Source: Acidobacteriota bacterium
Lineage (GTDB): Bacteria > Acidobacteriota > Thermoanaerobaculia > Multivoradales > Multivoraceae
Direction of reading: 5' to 3'
DNA: 64,000 bases
NCBI GenBank assembly: GCA_028875725.1
Contig: JAPPCR010000006.1
Coordinates: 272,134 to 336,133 of the forward strand
Positions 1-8,848 of the stretch are shown here, piece after piece. The notes under the pieces were generated by a model. The model worked only from the letters and a program-made list of their open reading frames with translations, was not told where the DNA came from and ran no database searches. Every line of letters starts with the position of its first letter. Within the stretch, counting starts at the first letter, position 1. The position numbers and the translations under genes were made by a program.

Positions 1-57
1 TCCCATGCCGAGGATCTGATGGCCCGGGAGCTGCCGCGCCGCCTCGGGCTGTCCTGA
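1..57 (+). CDS. 3' end of an upstream plus-strand CDS (partial; only the last 18 codons are in the window)
   Basis: Open frame 1 from the window edge to TGA at 55-57. It is too short to assign a function. Confidence 0.2.
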   Translation, partial: SHAEDLMARELPRRLGLS

Positions 58-72
58 CCTCACCTCGCGGCG

Positions 73-393
73 TCAGACAGGGGTGCCGTCGTCGCGGAGG
101 CTGCGGTCGAGCGCCTCGCTCATCTGGCGCAGTCGCTCAGCTTCGGTTGGCGACAGCAGGCCGCCGTCCTGGCAGGCCTCGATCGTCGACGTCATCTCGT
201 TCAGACGGTCGAGCGCCTCGTCGGACGCACCGCGCCGCTCCGGTGACGCGTGAGCCGCCGCGAACAGCAGGGTCGACAGCGTCAGCGCGAGCCGGCGCAG
301 ACGCTGGCGCGGCGCCGGGGCGGACTCCGGCTCGGCGGTCGCGTCGTAGACGTCCGCCAGCAGGATGCGCGAGATCGCGTATGCGTCCTTCAT
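73..393 (-). CDS. hypothetical protein (106 aa)
   Basis: ORF directly downstream of apaH on the same strand. The composition looks protein-like, with no recognisable motif. Confidence 0.45.
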   Translation of the reverse strand: MKDAYAISRILLADVYDATAEPESAPAPRQRLRRLALTLSTLLFAAAHASPERRGASDEALDRLNEMTSTIEACQDGGLLSPTEAERLRQMSEALDRSLRDDGTPV

Positions 394-401
394 CTCATTG
401 G

Positions 402-1211
402 TTACAACGAATGGGAGGCCCGGTTGGTTTCCGGCAATCGATCGATCACCTTCTTCTGCATGACGCGCCGGTCTTCGAGCCGGATTGCAGTGAGCCCTTC
501 ACCCCAGACGCAGCCGCTGTCGAGGGCGATCAAGTCGGGTCGCAGGCGGAGTCCGAGGGCGGCCCAGTGCCCGACGACCGCCGTATGGTCCGGGCAGCTG
601 CGCGGCGCTAAGTCGAACCAGGGTCGGAGTCCTGGCGGCGCTTCCTCGAGAGGGCCGCTGTAGTCGTGGGGCCGGCTCTTCCCGTCGAGCATCCGCATGC
701 GAGTGAACGCCGCCAGCGACTTGTCGTTCCGGCGGCACAACAGGCTCCTCGCCTTCGGACCGCGGAGCTTTCGTTCGAGCCGCCTGGCCGCATTGGTGAC
801 GTCCTCCCGGGACCAGCCGGGCCGCAGGCCCGCGTGGACGAGGACGTAGTCGTGTCCTGCGACCCGTTCGATGTGAACGAAGGGCCGCCTGCGCAGCCAG
901 TCGACCAGCTCGGTTGCGTCCGCCGCCTTGAGGACCTTCTTCAGGGTGTCTCGCGGTTTCTTGCTGGTGACCCCGAGGTGCCGCGCGATCAGGTGCAGGT
1001 CGTGGTTGCCGAGGACGACCTGGAACCGATCGCCCATCTCGGCGTCCAGCGTACGTGCCCAGCGCAGCGTCTCGAGTGAGCACGGTCCCCTGTTTACCAG
1101 GTCGCCCACCATCCAGAGACGGTCCCGACTGCGGTCGAGGTCGATGTGCCGGATCAGCGCGTCAAGGGTGCGGAAGCAGCCGTGGACGTCGCCGATCGCC
1201 CAGGTCGCCAT
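402..1211 (-). CDS. apaH: bis(5'-nucleosyl)-tetraphosphatase (symmetrical), ApaH-type metallophosphoesterase
   Basis: The N-terminus MATWAIGDVHGCFRTLDALI...GDLVNRGP...GNHD matches the calcineurin-like phosphoesterase motifs GDxHG/GDxxxRG/GNHE typical of ApaH. Confidence 0.85.
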   Translation of the reverse strand: MATWAIGDVHGCFRTLDALIRHIDLDRSRDRLWMVGDLVNRGPCSLETLRWARTLDAEMGDRFQVVLGNHDLHLIARHLGVTSKKPRDTLKKVLKAADATELVDWLRRRPFVHIERVAGHDYVLVHAGLRPGWSREDVTNAARRLERKLRGPKARSLLCRRNDKSLAAFTRMRMLDGKSRPHDYSGPLEEAPPGLRPWFDLAPRSCPDHTAVVGHWAALGLRLRPDLIALDSGCVWGEGLTAIRLEDRRVMQKKVIDRLPETNRASHSL

Positions 1212-1236
1212 CGGAGACCGTCGCCCTCCGCGATCG

Positions 1237-2568
1237 TCAGTCGACGATGGCCTGGTACGTCAGGCTCTGGAGATCCTGGCGGATGTTCAGGTGCGTGTAC
1301 GGCCGGACTTGGGTCATCAGGATGCCGATCAGCTCTTCTACCGGATCGACCCAGAACACGGTGCAGTAGGCGCCGCCCCAAGAGTACGACCCGACGGAGG
1401 CCGGCATCGCCGAGGCGCCCTTGTCCATCACCACGCTGTAGCCGAGGCCGAAACCGTAGCCCGGTCCGCGCAGCCAGAGGCCGTGGTCACCGGTGTGGTT
1501 CGACGTCATCAGTTCGACCGTCTTGCGGCCGAGGATGCGGTGACCGCCCAGCTCGCCGCCGTTCAGCATCATCTGGTGGAAGCGGTAGTAGTCGGCGGCG
1601 GTGGAGACCAGGCCGCCGGAACCGCTGAAGTACTTGTGCGGCTCGCGGACGTGCCGGGCGTTCACGTTCGGCGCCTCGGTGAGGACGATCCTGCCGTCCT
1701 CGCCGGGCCGGTAGAGCGCGGCGAAGCGGCCGACCTTCGACTCGGGAAGGTAGAAGTACGTGTCGACCATGCCCAGGGGCTCGAAGATGCGCTCCCTCAG
1801 GTACTCGTCGAGAGCCTGGCCGGACAGCACCTCGACCATCCGCCCGACGACATCGACGGAGGGGCCATACTGCCAGGCGTCGCCGGGGTGGAACTCCAGC
1901 GGCAGTTCGGCGAGGGCCGTTACGAAGTCGCCGACGGTCCACTCGGGGTCACGATTCGTCCGCAGCTTCGTGTAGTCCGCGTTGAGCAACCCGCGATAGT
2001 TGTTCGCGAAACCGGCGGTATGGGTCAGGATGTGTTGCACCGTGATCGGCCGCGCGGCCGGGACCAGTTTGTACGGCGCACCCAGGTACTCGTCGGCGTC
2101 CGGCACCGTCGCGACCTGCATCTCGGCGAACTCGGGCAGGTACTTCGCGATCGGATCGCGAAGCTGGAACCGGCCCTCTTCGTACAGGGTCATCAGCGCC
2201 ACGGAAGCGATCGGCTTGGTCATCGACGCGATCCGGAAGATCGTGTCCCGGGTCATCGGGGCGCTCTGCTCGGGCCAGCGTTCGCCCTGGGCTTCGAAGT
2301 GGACGACCTTGCCGCGGCGGGCGACCAGGGTGACGGCGCCGGCGATCTGCTTGCGGTCGATGTAGCCGGCCATCGTTTCGGTCAGACGCTCCAGGCGCTC
2401 GCTCGACATGCCGGCGCTCTCGGGCTCGGCGATCGGTAGCGGAGCAGGCGCCGTCTGGTCGGCGGCTGTAGCTGGCGGAGCGGCCGCCAGGGCGCCGGCG
2501 AGGCAGCCTCCGAGGAGGAACGCGGCGGCGGACAGCATCGGGACACGGTTGCGTTGGTCGAGGTTCAT
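1237..2568 (-). CDS. serine hydrolase of the beta-lactamase/transpeptidase-like family; probable lipoprotein
   Basis: It has an SMTK (SxxK) active-site motif and class-C beta-lactamase-like length. The signal peptide carries a lipobox (LLGGC). A GGGAGG RBS lies 7 nt upstream of the ATG. Confidence 0.85.
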   Translation of the reverse strand: MNLDQRNRVPMLSAAAFLLGGCLAGALAAAPPATAADQTAPAPLPIAEPESAGMSSERLERLTETMAGYIDRKQIAGAVTLVARRGKVVHFEAQGERWPEQSAPMTRDTIFRIASMTKPIASVALMTLYEEGRFQLRDPIAKYLPEFAEMQVATVPDADEYLGAPYKLVPAARPITVQHILTHTAGFANNYRGLLNADYTKLRTNRDPEWTVGDFVTALAELPLEFHPGDAWQYGPSVDVVGRMVEVLSGQALDEYLRERIFEPLGMVDTYFYLPESKVGRFAALYRPGEDGRIVLTEAPNVNARHVREPHKYFSGSGGLVSTAADYYRFHQMMLNGGELGGHRILGRKTVELMTSNHTGDHGLWLRGPGYGFGLGYSVVMDKGASAMPASVGSYSWGGAYCTVFWVDPVEELIGILMTQVRPYTHLNIRQDLQSLTYQAIVD

Positions 2569-2615
2569 GGTGCGCCTCCCTGGGAGTGTGGCGGTGGTCG
2601 TCGGGACTTGGGCGT

Positions 2616-5498
2616 TCAGCGCCTCGCCCGGGGCGTCAGGGTCGTCGTATGCCTTTCGCCGTCGCGCATGTAGACGACCTCGATCGGCTCGTCGATCTTC
2701 ACGGCGTCGAGGGCGTACGTGTAGTCGTAGATGTTGGCGATCTTCTGGCCGGCGAACTCGACGATCACGTCGCCGCCCTCAAGCCCCGCCTCGGCCGCCG
2801 GTCCGCCTTCCATCACCCCGCCCAGCAGCAGGCCTTCCACTTCGCTGGCGTAGTCCGGGATCGTGCCGGTGTAGGCGCGTACGGTGTCGCGGCTGCCGCC
2901 CTGCTGGAGGCTCCGCTCGACCTTGACGAACTCGAGCGGCTCGTCCTGGTTCGCGGCCCGGCGTGTCAGCAGGGCGGCGAAGCGGGCCACGCGCTCCAGG
3001 CCGTCGTAGTTGATGCGATCCGGCGTGTCGGTCGGCCGGTGATAGTCCTCGTGGGAGCCGCTGAACAGGTTGACCGTCGGAACGCCGGCATTGTTGAAGC
3101 TCAAGGTGTCGGTCGGCAGGTACGGATCGGTCTGCACGCCGAGATCGAAACCGACCGGGACGTTGGAGGCTTCGACCAGCCCCGTCCAGTCGGGACTTGA
3201 ACCCACGGCCTGGACGGTCAGGCGATTGTCGCGGACGCGACCGACCATGTCCAGGTTCACGTAGGCCGCGATCCGGTCGGCCGGAATGACGGCGTCTTCG
3301 ACGAAGGCCGCGGAGCCCAGGAGCCCGAGTTCCTCGCCGGACCAGAAGGCGAGCGCGACGTTCCGGTCGTGGCCCATCTCGCGCAACTGCCTCGCGGCGT
3401 CGAGCACCGCGGCGATGCCCGAGGCGTTGTCGTCAGCGCCGAGGTGAATGGCGCCCTTCTCGTCCGCCCGCGCCAGCGAGTTGCCGCCGCGACCCCGGCC
3501 GAGGTGGTCGTAGTGGGCGCCGACGACGACCCACGGCTTGTCGAGGCTCTCAGCCTTGCCGCCGGCGAGGACGGCGACCACGTTCCGCGCCGTGCCGCGC
3601 TCCCGCTCGATCGCCGTTGTCAGGGTGACTCGCGTGTCGGGGATGGCGAAGCCCGCGGTGTGCGGGTTGCCGTCGTCGAAGCTCTTCTGGATCTCCTCGA
3701 GATCACGGCCGGTGCCGGCGAACAGCGCTCTCGCGACCTCGCCGTCCACACTGGCGGCGGCGACGCCGGAGCCGGCCGCCGCGGTGTCGAATGCCATCGG
3801 GATCGTCTCGCCGGCGTTCGGTGAGCGCGGTCCGGTCAGGACGAGGAGCCCCACGGCGCCCGCCTCGCGCGCGGTCAGTGCCTTGTAACGGAGTCCCGAG
3901 TAACGGTTGAGGATCGCCCGTGCCTCGCCCTCGACATCCTCGGGGACGTAGCGCAGAACGACGGCGATCTTGCCGCTGACGTCGAGCGTCGCGTAGCTGT
4001 CGTAGCCGAAGTCCTGGGAGTCCGGCACCCTGATGCCGTAGCCGGCGAACACCGCCTCTCCTTCGACCTCCGTCGAGTCGGAGAAGCCGAGCGCCTGGAT
4101 CTGCGTCTGGTCGCTGAATGCGGCGGTGCCGCTCTCGGTCTCGATCCGGATCGTCGAGCCCGTGTCGCGGGCGCCGGAGGTGAACTCGAAGTCGAGCAGC
4201 AGGTCGTCCTCGCCGGGGAGCGGCTCGGCGCCGAGCGCCCCAAGCTGCTCGACGAGGTAGGCGGCGGCTCGCTGCTCGCCCTCCGTGCCCGTCAGCCGGC
4301 CGCCGAACTCGGGCGAGGCAAGGGTGGTGACGTGGCTCTCGAGCGCTTCCCGGGGATCAGGCGGCGCGTCCGGTCGGCCGCCCGCGACGCGGGCAGGAGC
4401 GGCCGCCAGCGCGTCGAGTGCCGCCTCGTGGTTCCAGTCGGCGATGTAGAGCTGGCCGCCGTCGCCGCCGTGGCGGCTCGAAGTCCAGACGAGTTGTCGG
4501 CCGTCCGGCGACGGCACGGGCAGACCGTCGAAGCGGTCCGTGTAGGTGATCCGGACGGGTTCCTTCGTCCCCTCGGTGTCGACGATGAAGACCTCGAAGT
4601 TCTCGAAGCCGAGCTTGTTCGAGGCGAAGAGGATGTACTGCCCTGAGGGGTGCTGGTACGGCGCCCAGCTCATCGCGCCGAAGTCGGTCAGCTGCCGCTG
4701 ATCCGAGCCGTCGGGCTTCATCGACCAGACGTCGGCGATCAGGCCGTCCTCGCCGAAGCGTCGCCAGACGATGCGGGAACCGTCGGCGAAGAAGAAGGGG
4801 CCTCCGTCGTAGCCGGGAACGTTCGTCAGCCGGGTCTGTTCGCTGCCGTCGGCGCGCATGACGTAGATCTCGCCGAAGTAGGCGGGATCGACTTCCAGCA
4901 GGTTCGCCTCGCGCTCCGAGAGTTCCCGGTTGAAGGCGTCGCGGGTGGAGGCGAAGACGATCCACTCGCCGTCCGGGGAGTAGGCGCCTTCCGCGTCGTA
5001 GCCGCGGACGTTCGTCAGCCGGCGCGGCTCGCCTCCGGCCATGGGCACCGTGTAGATCTCCATCTCCGGGTCGTAGTCCCAGGCGTAGCGCCGTTCCTGG
5101 CCCGAGGCGCGGAAGTCGAGCTCCTGTTGCTGAAACTCGGCCGAGCGCGGGTCGTGGTGGGTCGACCCGTACAGGATCTCCGAACCGTCCGGGCGAATGA
5201 AAGCGCAGGTCGTCTTGCCGATTCCGGTCGACACCTCGCGGGTGTCACCGGTGGCCAGATCGAGCAGGTAGATCTGGTAGAACGGATTCTCGGGCCGCCG
5301 CTCGCTCTGGAAGACGAGGAGCCCGCCGTCGGCGGAGAAGTAGCCTTCTCCGGAGCGCCTGCCCTCGTAGATCAGACGCCGGGTGCGTTCCAGGAACGTG
5401 TTTTCGTCGAGTTCGCCGTCCGAGGCTTGGACCGGGGCGGCGCTGACGGCGAGAGCCACCGCTACCAGTGCGGCGGTTACGGACTGAGGTCTCGGCAC
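2616..5498 (-). CDS. secreted multidomain peptidase: TolB-like beta-propeller repeats, M28 family aminopeptidase domain and C-terminal PDZ
   Basis: It has a signal peptide and repeated TolB/WD40-like blades. The M28 zinc-peptidase region shows HYDHLG...DDNASG, and the C-terminus is PDZ-like. It has a GTG start with a GGGAGA RBS. Confidence 0.85.
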   Translation of the reverse strand: MPRPQSVTAALVAVALAVSAAPVQASDGELDENTFLERTRRLIYEGRRSGEGYFSADGGLLVFQSERRPENPFYQIYLLDLATGDTREVSTGIGKTTCAFIRPDGSEILYGSTHHDPRSAEFQQQELDFRASGQERRYAWDYDPEMEIYTVPMAGGEPRRLTNVRGYDAEGAYSPDGEWIVFASTRDAFNRELSEREANLLEVDPAYFGEIYVMRADGSEQTRLTNVPGYDGGPFFFADGSRIVWRRFGEDGLIADVWSMKPDGSDQRQLTDFGAMSWAPYQHPSGQYILFASNKLGFENFEVFIVDTEGTKEPVRITYTDRFDGLPVPSPDGRQLVWTSSRHGGDGGQLYIADWNHEAALDALAAAPARVAGGRPDAPPDPREALESHVTTLASPEFGGRLTGTEGEQRAAAYLVEQLGALGAEPLPGEDDLLLDFEFTSGARDTGSTIRIETESGTAAFSDQTQIQALGFSDSTEVEGEAVFAGYGIRVPDSQDFGYDSYATLDVSGKIAVVLRYVPEDVEGEARAILNRYSGLRYKALTAREAGAVGLLVLTGPRSPNAGETIPMAFDTAAAGSGVAAASVDGEVARALFAGTGRDLEEIQKSFDDGNPHTAGFAIPDTRVTLTTAIERERGTARNVVAVLAGGKAESLDKPWVVVGAHYDHLGRGRGGNSLARADEKGAIHLGADDNASGIAAVLDAARQLREMGHDRNVALAFWSGEELGLLGSAAFVEDAVIPADRIAAYVNLDMVGRVRDNRLTVQAVGSSPDWTGLVEASNVPVGFDLGVQTDPYLPTDTLSFNNAGVPTVNLFSGSHEDYHRPTDTPDRINYDGLERVARFAALLTRRAANQDEPLEFVKVERSLQQGGSRDTVRAYTGTIPDYASEVEGLLLGGVMEGGPAAEAGLEGGDVIVEFAGQKIANIYDYTYALDAVKIDEPIEVVYMRDGERHTTTLTPRARR

Positions 5499-5665
5499 AA
5501 TGGATCTCCCTCGCCAGTTCTCGACGGGCCTGCGAGGCCAGGAGATCCCGCCGCGGAACGAAGTCGGGCGAGTCTACTAACGGTGCTCGCACACGCCGGG
5601 ATCCGTGCCATACTCAGGAGGCCAACTCGCCGGTTCTCCGGGGCGCCTCGTGGAGGCAAAGTGAC

Positions 5666-5881
5666 ATGACGACCGCGAACGTGACGACCGCCGATCCGCC
5701 CCGGACGGACGACTGGGTTGCGTGGCGCGCCCGGATCGACGAGCGCATGCAGCACATGGCGACCAAGGCCGACCTGGCTGATCTCAAGGTGTGGATGCTG
5801 AAGACCATGGTTACGACGATGGTCACGACGATGATCGGCTTCGGCGCCTTGATCGTTGCGGCGATCAGGTTGCTGCCGTAA
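5666..5881 (+). CDS. small hypothetical protein with a C-terminal transmembrane helix (71 aa)
   Basis: A GGAGG RBS lies 8 nt upstream of the ATG. It has a coiled-coil-like N-terminus, an MVTTMVTTM repeat and a hydrophobic C-terminus. Confidence 0.4.
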   Translation: MTTANVTTADPPRTDDWVAWRARIDERMQHMATKADLADLKVWMLKTMVTTMVTTMIGFGALIVAAIRLLP

Positions 5882-5938
5882 GCCGCCTGGTTGGGGCACC
5901 ACGGCTAGCCTGACGGTGGTGGCCAGCGGCCGCCACTA

Positions 5939-7183
5939 CTACGGCGGCGTCAGCGGGGTCAGGGCGAAGGCGCGGCTGGCGATGTCGATGGCCTCCTCGA
6001 TGTCGTCCGGCTGGTGCGCCAGCGACAGGAACCAGTTGAGCCGGGGGTGGAAGATGGCGCCGAGCCGGGCCGCTTGGCTGCCGAAGATGCGGGCGCGCTT
6101 GGCCTTCACGTCGCCGCGAAAGAGAAAGGTGGGCATGGTCGGTGGCCCGGACATGACGACGTCCTCGTGGCCATGCGCCCGTCCGGCGGCGACGATGCCC
6201 TCCCTGAGCCGCGTGCCCATTCGCACCATGTGCTCGAAGACGTTGTCCCGCCCGTAGATCTCGAGCGTCTTCATGCCGGCGCGGAAGGCGACCGCGGAGA
6301 ACATGTAGGTCGCGGTGAAGGCGATCCGTTCCGCGCCCTCCCGCAGTTCGTTGCGGCCGAGTACGGCCGAGACGGAGTAGCCGTTCGCCAGGGGTTTGCC
6401 CAGGCAGATGAGATCAGGCTCGAGGCCCATGCCGAGGTGGGAGCCCTTCGGGTGCATCCGGAAACCGGCGCGGACGTCGTCCAGGGCCACGCGGCACCCG
6501 GTCCGTTCGCGCGCGGCGTGAATCGCCGCGACGATTTCCGGGCTCGCCTCCCGCGTCTCCTGGCTCGGGTTCTGGTCGAGGGGGCTGATCATGATGCCGG
6601 CGAGGCGGTCTCCGAGTTCCTCCACCGCGCGCTCCAGGGCCCCGGCGTCGTTCCAGGGGACGCGCGCGACGTGCCGCTGCTCGCCGGTGGCCGGGGTTTC
6701 CGGGTGGAGCGCGATCTCGGTCCCGAAGCCGTGGTAGGAGTCCCGGAACAGGATGACGACCGGCCGGTGGGTCGAGGACCGCATGGTGCGTAGCGCGAGG
6801 TTCGTGCTGTCCGATCCGTTCTTGGTGAAGATCATCCAGTCGAAACCCGCCACCGCCTCGAGCAGTTGCTCGGCGTAGATCGGCATCGCCTCCGGGAAGA
6901 AGGCGCTGAGGTCCATCTCGCCGGCCTGCTCGGCTGCCGCGGCGTCGACCTCGGGGTGGCAGTAGCCCAGGATGTTCGGCCCGTTCCCGCAGTTGAAGTC
7001 CAGGTAGGAGCGGCCGTCCGCGTCCTCGATCCGGCACCCCTTCGCCGAGCGGATGAACCCCGGTAGCACGTCCCGACCGGCGAAGCGCGCGGACCGGGTC
7101 AGGTAGATGCCGCCGCGCGGGATGACTGTGTCCGTTCTCTCCCAGAGTTCCCGGCCCCGCGGACCGTCGACGGAGTCGTTCAT
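5939..7183 (-). CDS. class III (PLP-dependent) aminotransferase
   Basis: It shows aminotransferase class-III features (glutamate-1-semialdehyde aminomutase-like). The start was chosen at the internal ATG, which has an AAGGAG RBS. The upstream part of the long ORF is a low-complexity extension. Confidence 0.85.
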   Translation of the reverse strand: MNDSVDGPRGRELWERTDTVIPRGGIYLTRSARFAGRDVLPGFIRSAKGCRIEDADGRSYLDFNCGNGPNILGYCHPEVDAAAAEQAGEMDLSAFFPEAMPIYAEQLLEAVAGFDWMIFTKNGSDSTNLALRTMRSSTHRPVVILFRDSYHGFGTEIALHPETPATGEQRHVARVPWNDAGALERAVEELGDRLAGIMISPLDQNPSQETREASPEIVAAIHAARERTGCRVALDDVRAGFRMHPKGSHLGMGLEPDLICLGKPLANGYSVSAVLGRNELREGAERIAFTATYMFSAVAFRAGMKTLEIYGRDNVFEHMVRMGTRLREGIVAAGRAHGHEDVVMSGPPTMPTFLFRGDVKAKRARIFGSQAARLGAIFHPRLNWFLSLAHQPDDIEEAIDIASRAFALTPLTPP

Positions 7184-7187
7184 CGGG

Positions 7188-8603
7188 TCAGGCTCCTTCC
7201 GTTCCGGCCGCGGTGGCGCGCGAAGTCTCAGCTTCTTCGGCGTGGATGTCCCCCTTGACGCCGGGGCCGGCTCCTCGCGGCGGGACGTGAGGGCACTTGG
7301 CGACGGAGACGTGGTAGTCGCGCATGAGCCCGTTGATCGGCTCCGCAATCCAGGTGTTGGGTTCCATGATGTCCCACTCTTCCTTCGGGTCCTGCTCGAC
7401 ATTGAACAACTGGGGGTTGTTCAGGGAGATGCGCGTGCGCCGTCCCGCTTCCGGCTGGAACTCCACGAAGTGCATCTTGAACTGCCGCCACTTGATGGCC
7501 GCGAGTTCGTCCTTGATGAAGCACAGAAGGTGCTCACGCGGCCCTTTGTCGGTGTTCCCCAGGAAGACCCCCGACTGGTCCACGCTGTCCAGGACCCGGT
7601 CGTCCGGCACCAGGTTCCCGGCATCCGCCAGGTGGGCGAGGGTGCGGTAGAAGTCCAAGACGCTCACGATCTGGTCGCTGACGGCGCCCGCCGGCACGCG
7701 GCCGGGCCAGCGCAGGATGCAGGGCGTGCGCAACTGGCCTTCGTAGGCGGTGCCCAGGCAGCCGCGCCAGGGACCCGAGTCCGCCTGGGGGCCGAGACTG
7801 GGGATCAATACAGGTCCGTTGTCGCTGGCCCACACGACGAGCGTGTCCCGCGCTATGCCGGCCTCCTCGATGGCGTCGAGGATCTGGCCCGAGCGATGGT
7901 CGCACTCGACCATGCAGTCGGCGAAGTCGCCGCCGCGGGTCCGGCCCTTGAAGTCGGGGTGTGGCATGGCCGGATGGTGCACGAGTGAGTAGGGAATGTA
8001 GAGGAAGAAGGGCTTGTCGCCGCGCGCGTGTTCGCGGATGTAGGCCACGGACTTCTCGGTGATGATCGAGTCGACGAACGGGCGGCTTTCCAGGTTGTAG
8101 GGCTGCACCGGCACACACGGTTCGCCGAGGCGGCCCTCCCACAGCATGGGATTGTCCATCTCGTCCGGATCGAAGCCGATCAGGTCGCCGTAGATGGCGG
8201 GCGCGGTGCTGTCGCGTACGCCCCACCACTCCTCGAAGCCGAAGCGGGTGGGCATGCGCGTCTGGACGTTACCCAGATGCCACTTGCCGAAGATGGCGCA
8301 GCGATAGCCGGCATCCCGGAGCAGCTCGGCCAGGGTGTACTCCCAGGGCGCCAGCCCCTGCTTGATGCCGGGTGGAATCACCCGGTGGCAGCCGGTGCGG
8401 ATGGGCATTCGACCGGTGAGCAGGGCGGATCGGGTCGGCGTGCACTCGGCTTCCACGTTGAAGTTCGTCAGTCTCAGGCCTTCGGCGGCCAGTGCGTCGA
8501 GGCGGGGAGTCGGGGCGCCCCGCGTGATGCCGCCGCCGTAGCAGCCCAGGTCGCCGTAACCGACGTTGTCGGTCAGCATGAAGACGATGTTGGGTGGTTT
8601 CAT
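7188..8603 (-). CDS. sulfatase (arylsulfatase family), no signal peptide
   Basis: MKPPNIVFMLTDNVGYGDLGCYG...CTPTRSALLTG is the sulfatase signature region around the C/S-x-P-x-R formylglycine motif. Confidence 0.9.
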   Translation of the reverse strand: MKPPNIVFMLTDNVGYGDLGCYGGGITRGAPTPRLDALAAEGLRLTNFNVEAECTPTRSALLTGRMPIRTGCHRVIPPGIKQGLAPWEYTLAELLRDAGYRCAIFGKWHLGNVQTRMPTRFGFEEWWGVRDSTAPAIYGDLIGFDPDEMDNPMLWEGRLGEPCVPVQPYNLESRPFVDSIITEKSVAYIREHARGDKPFFLYIPYSLVHHPAMPHPDFKGRTRGGDFADCMVECDHRSGQILDAIEEAGIARDTLVVWASDNGPVLIPSLGPQADSGPWRGCLGTAYEGQLRTPCILRWPGRVPAGAVSDQIVSVLDFYRTLAHLADAGNLVPDDRVLDSVDQSGVFLGNTDKGPREHLLCFIKDELAAIKWRQFKMHFVEFQPEAGRRTRISLNNPQLFNVEQDPKEEWDIMEPNTWIAEPINGLMRDYHVSVAKCPHVPPRGAGPGVKGDIHAEEAETSRATAAGTEGA

Positions 8604-8848
8604 GCCTGCCTCTCGTTCCTCGTGCGGTGGCTGCCGCGAGGTGTCGCCGTGCGCCGTGCTGCCGGATGCGGACTGATCCTGCCACGGCGACTGCTAGCCT
8701 GACGGCCCATGTGGGCCGGCCTGCCGATCTCGACCTGGGCTCTGCTCGCGGTGTCGGTCGGCAGCGGACCGGCTCTGGTCCTGCTGCGGTGGTGGCTTGA
8801 GCGGCGTGGTCGCCGCCGCGGTCACGGGACCGCGCGGAGCGGTGCGGC

